From Candidatus Arthromitus sp. SFB-rat-Yit (GTDB taxonomy: Bacteria > Bacillota > Clostridia > Clostridiales > Clostridiaceae): DNA of 32,000 nt. Location: NCBI RefSeq assembly GCF_000283555.1, contig NC_016012.1, forward strand, positions 1,110,001 to 1,142,000, in the 5' to 3' direction. Shown here one piece after another: positions 9,003-17,768 of the stretch (position 1 is its first letter; every line of letters starts with the position of its first letter). A program made the translations under genes and the position numbers. The notes beneath the pieces are model-generated. The model had not been told where the DNA came from. It was given only the letters and a program-made list of their open reading frames with translations, and did not search any database.

Positions 9003-9980
9003 TTAATATTCATAGTAAATTCCATTAACAACTTTACCCTCAAGGTCTAAATCTGTTATAGTTCCCCATTTAACTTCTACATCATAAACGCTTCCATCTG
9101 TTGTTCTAATAGTAAATTCATATTCCCATGTTCCATCGTCCCAATCTTGATCTATTTTCAAGAAAGTACATCCAGGAAACCTTTGTCGAACTATATTCTT
9201 AGCTCCCTCCAATCCACTAGTATTTGTTGTATTTGGAGTTTGAACTACTGGTGTATTTACTGCTGGAGTTTGAACTTGCTGTACTTGTTGTACTTGTGGT
9301 GTTTGATATACTTGCTGAGATACTGGAGTTTGAACTACTGGTGTAGCTGCTGGTACTTGATAAAAATCATAATCATCATTTCTTTCTACTTTTATAACTG
9401 TACCATTTTGTGTTTCAACATCTACCTCATATGCTCGTCCATCAACTGCTTTAACTATAACTTCATGTACAAATTTTCCATTTTCAGTTCCTTGCTTATA
9501 AGTTAAAACTGTTCCCCCTGGAAATTGTGCAAGAGCAACTTTTTGACACTCTTCAAATGATTTATTTACAGTAAAAAGACTTTGGTTTATAAATCTATTT
9601 CCATTTGCATCAATATCATGATCTATTTTCCAAACTTGTCCTGTTGCAACAACTAAATCTATTTCTCTTATTCTTCCACTACTATCTCTGATTTCAAACT
9701 CTATTATTTGTGTACCATTATCATAATCATAACTATACTTAACTACAGTTCCTGGAATTGCAGATAATGCTTTTTGTTTCAATTGATCAAAGCTTAGTCT
9801 AGATGTTGTTACTGTTGTTAAATTAGTCACAGTTCTTGAAAGTTGTGTATTGTCAACTGATGATTCAGTAACCGCACTCACTTCAGTAACATTACCTTTT
9901 TTACTAACAAAAGAACCAGCTGTAACTAATAAAGCTGCTACAAAAACACCAGCTACTATCTTAACTCTACTCTTTTTCAT
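9003..9980 (-). CDS. Secreted protein with three PepSY-like modules and a Q/T/P/V-rich linker (paralog 1)
   Basis: N-terminal signal/anchor MKKSRVKIVAGVFVAALLVTAGS. Three segments fit the PepSY pattern (..ALxxxPGxV....yDnG...yEfei....G...Ei.v...tG.v). GAGGAG SD present. Roughly two-thirds identical by eye to the 294-aa neighbour. Confidence 0.8.
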   Translation of the reverse strand: MKKSRVKIVAGVFVAALLVTAGSFVSKKGNVTEVSAVTESSVDNTQLSRTVTNLTTVTTSRLSFDQLKQKALSAIPGTVVKYSYDYDNGTQIIEFEIRDSSGRIREIDLVVATGQVWKIDHDIDANGNRFINQSLFTVNKSFEECQKVALAQFPGGTVLTYKQGTENGKFVHEVIVKAVDGRAYEVDVETQNGTVIKVERNDDYDFYQVPAATPVVQTPVSQQVYQTPQVQQVQQVQTPAVNTPVVQTPNTTNTSGLEGAKNIVRQRFPGCTFLKIDQDWDDGTWEYEFTIRTTDGSVYDVEVKWGTITDLDLEGKVVNGIYYEY

Positions 9981-10063
9981 TTTAAATCACTCCTCAAAAC
10001 AATTAAAAATTATATACTCACTTCTGAAATTAATTTTTATACTATTGTTGTTATCATGGTTAC

Positions 10064-10092
10064 ATTATATTATCGTAACAATAAAATAAAGT
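10064..10092 (-). promoter_or_regulatory. Candidate promoter of PepSY paralog 1 (ACTTTA-N17-TATAAT)
   Basis: The block ATAATATAAT-N6-ATGATA (10052-10073) is conserved in the same position upstream of paralog 2 (11162-11183). It contains TATAAT (10064-10069). The -35 is weak. Confidence 0.4.
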
Positions 10093-10151
10093 TAAATGTA
10101 AATTAATCTTAAGTAAATTATCAATTAAATATTTTTAATAATTCAAATTCA

Positions 10152-10191
10152 AAATTTTAAAAAGGAGCTAGTATCAACTACTAGCTCCTTT
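10152..10191 (-). terminator. Rho-independent terminator after PepSY paralog 2
   Basis: Perfect 12-13 bp stem: AAGGAGCTAGTA (10162-10173) pairs with TACTAGCTCCTT (10179-10190) around a 5-nt loop. The minus-strand RNA continues UUUUUAAAAUUUU. Confidence 0.7.
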
Positions 10192-10214
10192 ATAATACTA
10201 CTTACTATAACATA

Positions 10215-11099
10215 TTAATAATCATAGTAAACTCCATTAACATATTTACCTTCAGCATCTATCTCTGTTATATAATTCCCAGAAACTCTTACATCATAAA
10301 CAGTTCCGTCTGTTGCTTTAACTCTAAATCTATACTGTAGTCTTCCGTCATCCCAATCTTGTCTAGCTGTTAAGAAAGTACATCCAGGAAATCTTCTTCT
10401 AACTACATTCTTAGCTGAATTCATTCCAGTATTAGCTACTACTTGAGTTACTGGCTGAGTTGATACTTGATCTTGTCCCACTGGTTGAGTTGATACTTCT
10501 CCATAATTATAGACGTCATTCTTTGCATCCACCCTTACAACTAAACCACTGCTAGTTTCAACATCTACCTCGTATACTTTTCCATCTGTTGATTTAATTT
10601 CAAAATCATAAACAAATCTTCCATTTTCAGAATCTTGCTTACTAGTCAAAACTGTACCACCTGGAACTTGTGTAAGAGCAATAGTTCTACATTCTTCAAA
10701 TGATTTGTTTACAGTAAAAAGACTTTGATTTATAAACATATTACCAGTTGCATCAATCTCATGGTCTATCTTCCAAACTTGTCCAGTTGCAGCAACTAAA
10801 TCTATCTCTCTTTTTCTTCCATTATTATCTCTAATTTCAATTTCTAATATTTGAGTACCGTTATCATAACCATACTTATAATTAGTTATAGTTCCTGGAA
10901 CTATAGCTAATGCTTTTTGCTTCAATTGTTCAAAACTTAATCTAGATGCTGTTGCCGTCGCTGCTGCTGCTGTCGTTGATGTTACAGTAGCTGCTTTTAC
11001 TTCGGTAGTTCCATTTGCTTGTCCAAAAACTGAACCGGATGTGATTAATAGAGCTGCTACGAACACACTAGCTACTATTTTAATTCTACTCTTTTTCAT
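10215..11099 (-). CDS. Secreted protein with three PepSY-like modules (paralog 2)
   Basis: Signal/anchor MKKSRIKIVASVFVAALLITSGS. Same three-module layout as paralog 1, with a shorter STQPV-repeat linker. GGAGGA SD present. Confidence 0.8.
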   Translation of the reverse strand: MKKSRIKIVASVFVAALLITSGSVFGQANGTTEVKAATVTSTTAAAATATASRLSFEQLKQKALAIVPGTITNYKYGYDNGTQILEIEIRDNNGRKREIDLVAATGQVWKIDHEIDATGNMFINQSLFTVNKSFEECRTIALTQVPGGTVLTSKQDSENGRFVYDFEIKSTDGKVYEVDVETSSGLVVRVDAKNDVYNYGEVSTQPVGQDQVSTQPVTQVVANTGMNSAKNVVRRRFPGCTFLTARQDWDDGRLQYRFRVKATDGTVYDVRVSGNYITEIDAEGKYVNGVYYDY

Positions 11100-11173
11100 T
11101 TTAAATCATCCTCCAAAATGAACAAAAATCATATATTCATGAGCTTAATTTTTTAAATTAATATCATTTCCAT

Positions 11174-11202
11174 ATTATATTATAAAAAGAATAATATAAA
11201 CT
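11174..11202 (-). promoter_or_regulatory. Candidate promoter of PepSY paralog 2 (AGTTTA-N17-TATAAT)
   Basis: TATAAT at 11174-11179 lies inside the conserved ATAATATAAT-N6-ATGATA block shared with paralog 1. Confidence 0.4.
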
Positions 11203-11244
11203 TAATTATAAATTAAAGTTATATTAATTATCAATTAAAATTTT

Positions 11245-12444
11245 TTAATAATTTGAAAAACCAAGTATATCAAATGCCTTCTTTATATATCTATTTTGAC
11301 TTACAAGATTCCATATAAGCCCTGTTCTATAATTCTCAATCATAATCATGCTTATACCTTTATCAATACCTATTTCATAATCACAATACCAATTCTTATC
11401 CAAATTATAGGAATCTTTAAATCCATACTTACCCCATACATTATCTTTCAAATTATTAAAAATATATTCTATCGCACCAATACTTTCCTCTTCAGTAAAA
11501 ACTAAAGAGGAAATCGATCCATATATTCCAATCGTTCCTTCATTTGTTGAAAGATTAAGACAAGGTTTTACTCCAAGTGTTCCAATATATCCCGTTGGAG
11601 TTTCACACGGAGTTATTCCCCAAGAATTCTCACCATATGACTTAGATTTATTAGAATTCTTAATGCAATACTCCCTATTTAAAAGAGTTGCTATCTTAGA
11701 ATTTAAAAAAAAGTTTGTACCTTCCCTATCTTTTTTCCCTCTAAAATCAATAAACGCATGTGAAAACTGATGAGTAAACAGAGATCCGAATGGAGAAAAT
11801 ATAAACTCATGTCCATGTACAAATACCTTATGTCTATCAAAACTATAAAACATTTCTTTATTTATACTATACGTAGGAGAAGCTACCCCTAAAAAGTACA
11901 TAATAAGCTGCTCAGCATAACTATCCCATTCCCCAAAATGACTTTTTTCTATATCATCATATCCCATATAAAATCTGTTAGTTTCTCTGTTTCTGAAAAA
12001 TTCCCAATTAATTCTATTATAAATTTTTTCAAAATACTCACTTATTTCAGAACCAAAATATTCAGATGACACTAATGCCCCCATAACAAATAATGATGTA
12101 TCTATAATTGAAACTTCTGAATTCCATGCTGTCTTCCCAGTTTCCATATTTAAAAAATGATTAAAGAATCCTTCTGTATTTGATGCATTAAAATAAACGC
12201 TTTTAAGCGTGTTTAAACTTCTTTTATATGCTGAGTCATAGTCTATATACCCTCTAGATACACCTATAACTATTGCACATAGCCCAAATCCCGTTGAGGC
12301 TATCGATGAAATATTCTTATGAGTTTCAAACTTAGATGTGGAATCTCTAACAAGTCCATATCCATTACAACTTCTACTTGATTCATTCCAAAAAAAGTCA
12401 AAACATCCTTTGTTTTCAAGTTCCAAAATAAGATCAATACCCAA
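11245..12444 (-). CDS. Cytoplasmic (alpha/alpha)6-type glycoside hydrolase-like protein, PF10091 'glucoamylase-like' / GH144-like (possible beta-1,2-glucan-active enzyme)
   Basis: The N-terminus FDFFWNES...NGYGLVRDS and ASTGFGLCAIVIG resemble the DUF/GH144 family as I recall it. No signal peptide. TTG start with a GAGGGG SD 7 nt upstream. Family assignment is from memory of motifs only. Confidence 0.6.
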   Translation of the reverse strand: MGIDLILELENKGCFDFFWNESSRSCNGYGLVRDSTSKFETHKNISSIASTGFGLCAIVIGVSRGYIDYDSAYKRSLNTLKSVYFNASNTEGFFNHFLNMETGKTAWNSEVSIIDTSLFVMGALVSSEYFGSEISEYFEKIYNRINWEFFRNRETNRFYMGYDDIEKSHFGEWDSYAEQLIMYFLGVASPTYSINKEMFYSFDRHKVFVHGHEFIFSPFGSLFTHQFSHAFIDFRGKKDREGTNFFLNSKIATLLNREYCIKNSNKSKSYGENSWGITPCETPTGYIGTLGVKPCLNLSTNEGTIGIYGSISSLVFTEEESIGAIEYIFNNLKDNVWGKYGFKDSYNLDKNWYCDYEIGIDKGISMIMIENYRTGLIWNLVSQNRYIKKAFDILGFSNY

Positions 12445-12512
12445 TTATAAACCCCTCATTTCATAGCTCTCATTAATACAATTTTCGTAATTCTTATTTG
12501 AAACTTCATATC

Positions 12513-12548
12513 GTAAAAAATTAAAGCCTTATAGAAAATTTCTATAAG
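12513..12548 (-). terminator. Weak A/U-rich hairpin plus U-tract between the two glycan genes (possible attenuating terminator)
   Basis: CTTATAGA (12528-12535) pairs with TCTATAAG (12541-12548), followed on the minus-strand RNA by GCUUUAAUUUUUU. The stem is almost all A/U, so readthrough is likely. Confidence 0.35.
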
Positions 12549-12550
12549 AC

Positions 12551-15500
12551 TTAAACTATAAATAATTCAATTACATTTTCTCGATCTCTAAGCTTTTCAT
12601 TCAATATTTGTTTTTTAACAGACATAAACTCTTTTCCATAAATATTTTTTTCACATATAAAGTTTATCTCTTCTCCATTTAATTTTATCTTTAAATCTTT
12701 ATCCCTTTTATATAAAATTTCACTCTCTTTTCCCAAAATTTTATAACTACACTTTAACTCTTCAAATGTCTTTGATATTACAGGATCAAAAATAATTTTA
12801 TCTTTAACTTCTCTTATACCTATAATATTTGAGATAAGCTGACTTATATATATACCTGGTCCACTTGAATATATCCTCCATCCCCCTTTAACTTTAACAT
12901 CTCCATTCCTAAGTTCATTAAACCTCTCATGAAAATCATACCGAGTGTTAAATGCTCCATCAGAACTAGAAAAATATACATTACTTTGCCTAAAGTTTGC
13001 ATTCTCCACATAATCATTTAATTTTATTGGAGTTATTTTATACAAAGCTTCCCAAACTTTCTCTTCACGCCCAAGTTTACACATACTTTCAATAAATCTA
13101 ATATGTGCATGCACATATTGAAGTGATATCTCTCTTCCAACATTTGAAGCTTGCTCTGCACGTTTAAATATTTTGGAGATTCCTCCATTATATTTAGGCG
13201 TATTATTCATAAGTCTTACACCATCATTAAAAGTTAAATGATCTTCTATAATTTTTTCATTTATATTTGCTTGATTCAAATCAACTATTTCTGAAATTAT
13301 ACTTCTTGTAAGTGGAAGAAGTCTGTACTTTATTCCTGTTATCTCATCTAAAGGATGAAGTATATATTCTATTTCATTATTTTCATTAAAATATAAAAAT
13401 CCACCAATAACATCGTCTTTTATTGCATACTTCAAAAAACATTCTTTAATTCCTATAACTATCCCATATATTTCTTCTCTCAAATTCTCATCCTTCAAAG
13501 AAAGATATAAATGATTTAAAGTTTCATAAGCAAGTGCCATGGTCCAAGTTGACACCAATCTCTCTTTAAAATCATCATTAATCGGCTGAAGCGTATCATC
13601 CCAATCTCCTCCGGCGTAACTTATCAAATAACTATCCCCTATAAATCTATTTTTTATAGAACTAATCGCTCTCTTAACATGATCTACTATAGTTTCTTTG
13701 TGAGTTACATTACATAATGGAAAACTTCTATATACAGTTTCCTCATAAAAAATAGAATCATCGCCTGTATTCAAAACATATTCACTAAGTACTTTAAGAG
13801 GCCAAAATAGAATATCACCATGTGAATCATCTTGCTGCATATTATATTGATCAAACATAAACCATTGAGGAAACTCTCCATTTTCTATAAACTGATGTGA
13901 AAATACTTCAAGAAGTATCTCCCTAACCATTTTATAATTATTTGTACACATAAAAAATTCAATAGGTCCCTGACAAATATCTCGAGTACCCCAAGCAGCT
14001 CCAGAAGATTGTTCAAGTCCATGAGGAGAAGAAAAATGTATCAAGGCATTGTGAGTATAAAAATGTACCATCTCATTAAGTTTACTCACATCATACTTAG
14101 AACTTTTACCTTCAAGTTTGAAACCGTTTAATAATTTTGAATAAAAATCATTAAATTTATCTCTCTCACATTCAAGAGAACTCAAATCATCACACACACT
14201 CTCCCCTTCAAGTGATCCATTTATTGAAATAGAGAATGTACAACTCTTATCAATTTTAAAAGTTATTATACTTCTATCATGAGTTAAACCGTCTTTAAAG
14301 AAAATGCTATCGTCACCCATAGTAAATTTACAATCAAAAAGTTCAATTTCATAATTTATGTTTTTGTACACGCTTCTTATAAAAGATTCTTCAAGAGGTG
14401 TTATTTTAATCTTGTTTCCATCTTCATTTAAATAAAACCCATTGTTATATTCGCTATCACCCATAACAATTTGATTTGTAACAACAAATTCATACTCAAT
14501 TCCTTTTTGAGATCTCACATTTAAAACAATTTTCGTATGATCCCTCAAAATATAATTTTCAACTACAATGATATCTTCATCAAATTTATAATACCACTTC
14601 GAAAAATTAACCCCCATTTCATAAATTCCTGAAAGTGTAAGCATTTTAAATTTATTATTTATCTTTATATAAATTCTCTGACCAGAATTTTTAATAACAT
14701 TCAAGAGTCCTCTATTAACTGACATCATTTTATTTAAACTTGTATTTCCAATTGCAACTTGTGCATTGAAAAGTCCAAACATATAATTTGTTGATGTCAT
14801 AATATTATTATTTATCTTTTCATTATCAATTTTATTTATGATTATATTGCCATGAGGTCTTTCACATAATATTTCCTTATCTTGAAGAACCACATGCGTA
14901 TGATCATTTGTAAAAAATGAAAGGAGATTCCCACTTGAATACTCTTCAAAATTTCTTTCATTATATATAGAATTTATTTCACTAAGTGTAAACTTCTCTG
15001 AAGAAATTTCTCCTAAAAATTCCTCCTTCACACAAACCTTTTTTACCTTTTTGAAATTATTTTTGAGTTTTGAGACTTCTAAATACTCTTTCATAACTTC
15101 ATCTTTATATTTAAGAGTTTCAATCGAAGCTTTATAATCTTCCCGAAAGATACCATAAAAACAAATATTCTTATCTCCATCTATTTTCATTTTTTCAGTT
15201 TGGAGAACAATGTATGCAAGCTCAAATTGATAATTTTCCTTAGGCAAATTTTTGTCTATAAGATATGGCACACCAGTTTTCTTGTACTCAGAAGAAAAAA
15301 ACTGAGTTTGATCAGTTGAATAAGAAATAACCTTTTCATTCATGCACCCATGCTCAATGTATGGAAATCTTCCCCCCTGATCTTGATTTTGTCTTGAAGA
15401 AATAACAAAACCATTTGAAGAATTTATTGCTTTATGATCTATGTATTGACTCGTGTAAAGCTCATTATTTAAACAAGCATTCTTATTTGCAATTGAAATA

Positions 15501-15877
15501 TCTTGACAATATAAAAGATCAACTTCAAAATTTTTACCATTTAACTCAACCTCATAAAACCAAATACAATTATTTGAAAGAGTAAATCTCACACGATACG
15601 ATAGAGAAAAAGCACTTCCTTCAAACAACATGGAATTTGAATCAAAATAAATTTCCCCCTTCGACTTCCCTCCCATAAGTGGAAAAATTTTAATTCCATC
15701 CTCTTCATATATCCTCAAGTAAATATTATTTAATGAACCATCTCTAAACGTTCCATTAAACATATTGATCATAATGTCTTTATGTAAAATCTCAAAAATA
15801 TCTCCACTCTTCAGAAATTTAAAAACCATATTATCCTTCTCAAAAGTTAAGAATTCAAAATTTGGTTTAACCTTCAT
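12551..15877 (-). CDS. GH94-family glycoside phosphorylase, long-form (1,2-beta-oligoglucan phosphorylase-like)
   Basis: Motifs GAAWGTRDICQGP, YAGGDWDDTLQP (GDWND-type catalytic region) and GGWRIYSSGPGIY match GH94 phosphorylases. The size of about 1100 aa matches the sophoro-oligosaccharide phosphorylases (Listeria innocua Lin1839 type). The track start at 15898 is trimmed to the ATG at 15877 (MKVKPNF), which has an AGGGGGA SD 6 nt upstream. Confidence 0.72.
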   Translation of the reverse strand: MKVKPNFEFLTFEKDNMVFKFLKSGDIFEILHKDIMINMFNGTFRDGSLNNIYLRIYEEDGIKIFPLMGGKSKGEIYFDSNSMLFEGSAFSLSYRVRFTLSNNCIWFYEVELNGKNFEVDLLYCQDISIANKNACLNNELYTSQYIDHKAINSSNGFVISSRQNQDQGGRFPYIEHGCMNEKVISYSTDQTQFFSSEYKKTGVPYLIDKNLPKENYQFELAYIVLQTEKMKIDGDKNICFYGIFREDYKASIETLKYKDEVMKEYLEVSKLKNNFKKVKKVCVKEEFLGEISSEKFTLSEINSIYNERNFEEYSSGNLLSFFTNDHTHVVLQDKEILCERPHGNIIINKIDNEKINNNIMTSTNYMFGLFNAQVAIGNTSLNKMMSVNRGLLNVIKNSGQRIYIKINNKFKMLTLSGIYEMGVNFSKWYYKFDEDIIVVENYILRDHTKIVLNVRSQKGIEYEFVVTNQIVMGDSEYNNGFYLNEDGNKIKITPLEESFIRSVYKNINYEIELFDCKFTMGDDSIFFKDGLTHDRSIITFKIDKSCTFSISINGSLEGESVCDDLSSLECERDKFNDFYSKLLNGFKLEGKSSKYDVSKLNEMVHFYTHNALIHFSSPHGLEQSSGAAWGTRDICQGPIEFFMCTNNYKMVREILLEVFSHQFIENGEFPQWFMFDQYNMQQDDSHGDILFWPLKVLSEYVLNTGDDSIFYEETVYRSFPLCNVTHKETIVDHVKRAISSIKNRFIGDSYLISYAGGDWDDTLQPINDDFKERLVSTWTMALAYETLNHLYLSLKDENLREEIYGIVIGIKECFLKYAIKDDVIGGFLYFNENNEIEYILHPLDEITGIKYRLLPLTRSIISEIVDLNQANINEKIIEDHLTFNDGVRLMNNTPKYNGGISKIFKRAEQASNVGREISLQYVHAHIRFIESMCKLGREEKVWEALYKITPIKLNDYVENANFRQSNVYFSSSDGAFNTRYDFHERFNELRNGDVKVKGGWRIYSSGPGIYISQLISNIIGIREVKDKIIFDPVISKTFEELKCSYKILGKESEILYKRDKDLKIKLNGEEINFICEKNIYGKEFMSVKKQILNEKLRDRENVIELFIV

Positions 15878-15940
15878 CAAAAGTCCCCCTAAACACAAAA
15901 TACTTAAGATTATTCTCTCTCACTTAAATAATAAATATGT

Positions 15941-15970
15941 AAACAAAAAGTGGATCTAAAAAGATCCACT
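15941..15970 (-). terminator. Rho-independent terminator after the ABC exporter gene
   Basis: Perfect 9-bp stem: AGTGGATCT (15949-15957) pairs with AGATCCACT (15962-15970) around a 4-nt loop. The minus-strand RNA continues UUUUUGUUU. Confidence 0.75.
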
Positions 15971-15985
15971 CATCAAATAAAATTT

Positions 15986-17692
15986 TTAAACTCTACTATA
16001 TAAACTTTTATAAATTCCACCCTTATTTATCAATTCCTCGTGACTTCCTCTCTCAACTATTCCACTCTTACCTATAAGTAATATTTCATCAGCATTTTGT
16101 ATTGTTGAAAGCCTATGTGCAACGATTATATTTGTCCTACCTTTTGATAATTTCTCCAAAGACTCTTGAATCTCACGTTCTGTTATATTATCAAGTGCTG
16201 ATGTCGCTTCATCTAATATCATAATTTTAGGATCTTTAAGAAAAACCCTCGCAATAGATATTCTTTGTTTTTGACCTCCCGAAAGTTTAAGTCCTCTCTC
16301 TCCAACAAAAGTATCATATCCATCTTTAAGACCAATTATAAAATTATGAATACTTGCCTTAATACACGCATCCTTAACTTCTTCATCGCTTGCATCCGGC
16401 TTTCCTATAACTATATTATCCCTTATAGTTCCCGTAAACAAAAATACCTCTTGAGATACAATTCCAATGTTTCTCCTTAAAGACTCCAAAGTAACATCTC
16501 TCACATCAATTCCATCAATCCTTATGCTTCCTTCATTCACATCATAAAATCTTGGAATCAAACTACATATAGTTGTTTTTCCTCCACCAGATGGTCCAAC
16601 AAGAGCAATTGTCTTCCCAGCTTCAATTTTAAGATTAAAACCATTAAATACTTCCTCATTGTTGCTCTCATATCTAAACGTCACGTTATCTATACTAATT
16701 TCTCCCTTAACATTTTTAAGTTCTATCGCATTATTTGATTCTTTTTCCGTTTCAACTTTCAAAAGCTCTTGGAATCTTTGAAAACCACTCATACCATTTT
16801 GAAATTGATCAGAAAAGTTTATAAGCTTTCTTATTGGCTGGATAAACATCTTAACATACAAGACATAGGCAACAAAATCACCTATAGTAATATATCCATT
16901 AAATGTAAATACAGCAGATGCTATAAGTGCAATAAGCTCAAGAATATCAACCAAGAAAAAAGTTCCCGAAAAGAACTCTCCCATTTTTTTATACGCATAT
17001 TCCCGTGCTTTTCTAAACATATCATTTGAATTTTCAAATTTATCGAGTTCACTCTTTTCATTTACAAACGATCTTGTAACTCTAATCCCTGAAATAGAAT
17101 TTTCAATAGTTGCATTTACATCTCCTGTTTTAATTCTAGTTTCTCTAAATGCACTACTCATTTTCCTACGCTTAATTATTGAAAATGTAACTATGACAGG
17201 GACAAAAGCAAATATAAGTATAGTAAGAGGAACATTTATTCTAAATAATAAAGCAAATGAACCAACAAACATAACGATAGATACAAACACATCTTCTGGA
17301 CCATGATGTGCAAGCTCAGATATTTCCATAAGATCATTCACAATTCTCGACATAATAACACCAGTTTTATTATTGCTAAAATATTCGTTAGGTAATCTTT
17401 GAAGATGTTTAAATACCTTTCTTCTCATGTCTCCCTGCATCCTAACTCCCATAACGTGTCCATAATACTGTATAAAATAATTAAGTCCAGCTTTAATAAT
17501 AAAAATAACAAGCAAAACTATGCAAAATACAAATATCATTCTTATGTTTCTATTTGGTACAGCATCATTTATTATGCTACGTGTTATCATTGGATAAACT
17601 AAATCTATCATAGCAACCAAAAACGCTGCTAACATATCCATAAAAAACAATTTTTTATATGGAGCATAATAGCTTATAAAACTTTTTAACAT
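15986..17692 (-). CDS. ABC transporter, fused permease/ATP-binding half-transporter (MsbA-like type I exporter fold)
   Basis: Six-TM N-domain. NBD with Walker A GPSGGGKTT, signature LSGGQKQR and Walker B ILDEATSALD. The track start at 17725 is trimmed to the ATG at 17692 (MLKSF), which has an AAGGAGG SD 6 nt upstream. No partner half-transporter gene is adjacent. Confidence 0.9.
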   Translation of the reverse strand: MLKSFISYYAPYKKLFFMDMLAAFLVAMIDLVYPMITRSIINDAVPNRNIRMIFVFCIVLLVIFIIKAGLNYFIQYYGHVMGVRMQGDMRRKVFKHLQRLPNEYFSNNKTGVIMSRIVNDLMEISELAHHGPEDVFVSIVMFVGSFALLFRINVPLTILIFAFVPVIVTFSIIKRRKMSSAFRETRIKTGDVNATIENSISGIRVTRSFVNEKSELDKFENSNDMFRKAREYAYKKMGEFFSGTFFLVDILELIALIASAVFTFNGYITIGDFVAYVLYVKMFIQPIRKLINFSDQFQNGMSGFQRFQELLKVETEKESNNAIELKNVKGEISIDNVTFRYESNNEEVFNGFNLKIEAGKTIALVGPSGGGKTTICSLIPRFYDVNEGSIRIDGIDVRDVTLESLRRNIGIVSQEVFLFTGTIRDNIVIGKPDASDEEVKDACIKASIHNFIIGLKDGYDTFVGERGLKLSGGQKQRISIARVFLKDPKIMILDEATSALDNITEREIQESLEKLSKGRTNIIVAHRLSTIQNADEILLIGKSGIVERGSHEELINKGGIYKSLYSRV

Positions 17693-17768
17693 ATGTAACC
17701 TCCTTCTCTCAAATAAAAAAACCACATCATAATAATGCAGTTTCTATTCTATCTTAATTTCACAATTA

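Noticed and set aside
10040-10075. Fur-type regulation of the PepSY genes (TTGTTATCAT shared with the Fur-like box at 21512-21521)
   Set aside because: The 7-1-7 alignments score only 9-10 of 14 and the second half-sites are poor. The conserved block is better explained as the -10 region of the duplicated promoter.
9147-10089. Plus-strand ORFs 9147-9506 and 9850-10089, antisense to PepSY paralog 1
   Set aside because: These are products of the repetitive linker and signal-peptide regions read in reverse. They lack an SD and any recognisable motifs, and the PepSY reading frame is duplicated and conserved in the paralog.
9225-10510. CRISPR-like periodicity (30-nt spaced repeats)
   Set aside because: The repeats lie inside intact reading frames and encode peptide repeats. 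There are only 2-3 copies, no cas genes and no spacer-like unique segments.
15878-15898. N-terminal extensions in the ORF track (GH94 15898; likewise 17725, 18802, 8901, 30198)
   Set aside because: The extended starts either contain the SD themselves, overlap the upstream gene, or add non-native-looking leader residues. Internal ATGs with AGGAGG-type SDs at 5-10 nt were preferred.
11245-17692. NdvA/NdvB (ChvA/ChvB)-like cyclic beta-1,2-glucan synthesis and export locus (ABC exporter plus GH94 plus GH144-like)
   Set aside because: It is tempting because cyclic glucan synthases contain a GH94 domain and are paired with an MsbA-like exporter. But no glycosyltransferase (GT84) domain or membrane segments are present. 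A strong terminator (15941-15970) also separates the exporter from the GH94 gene. It is kept only as a remote possibility.
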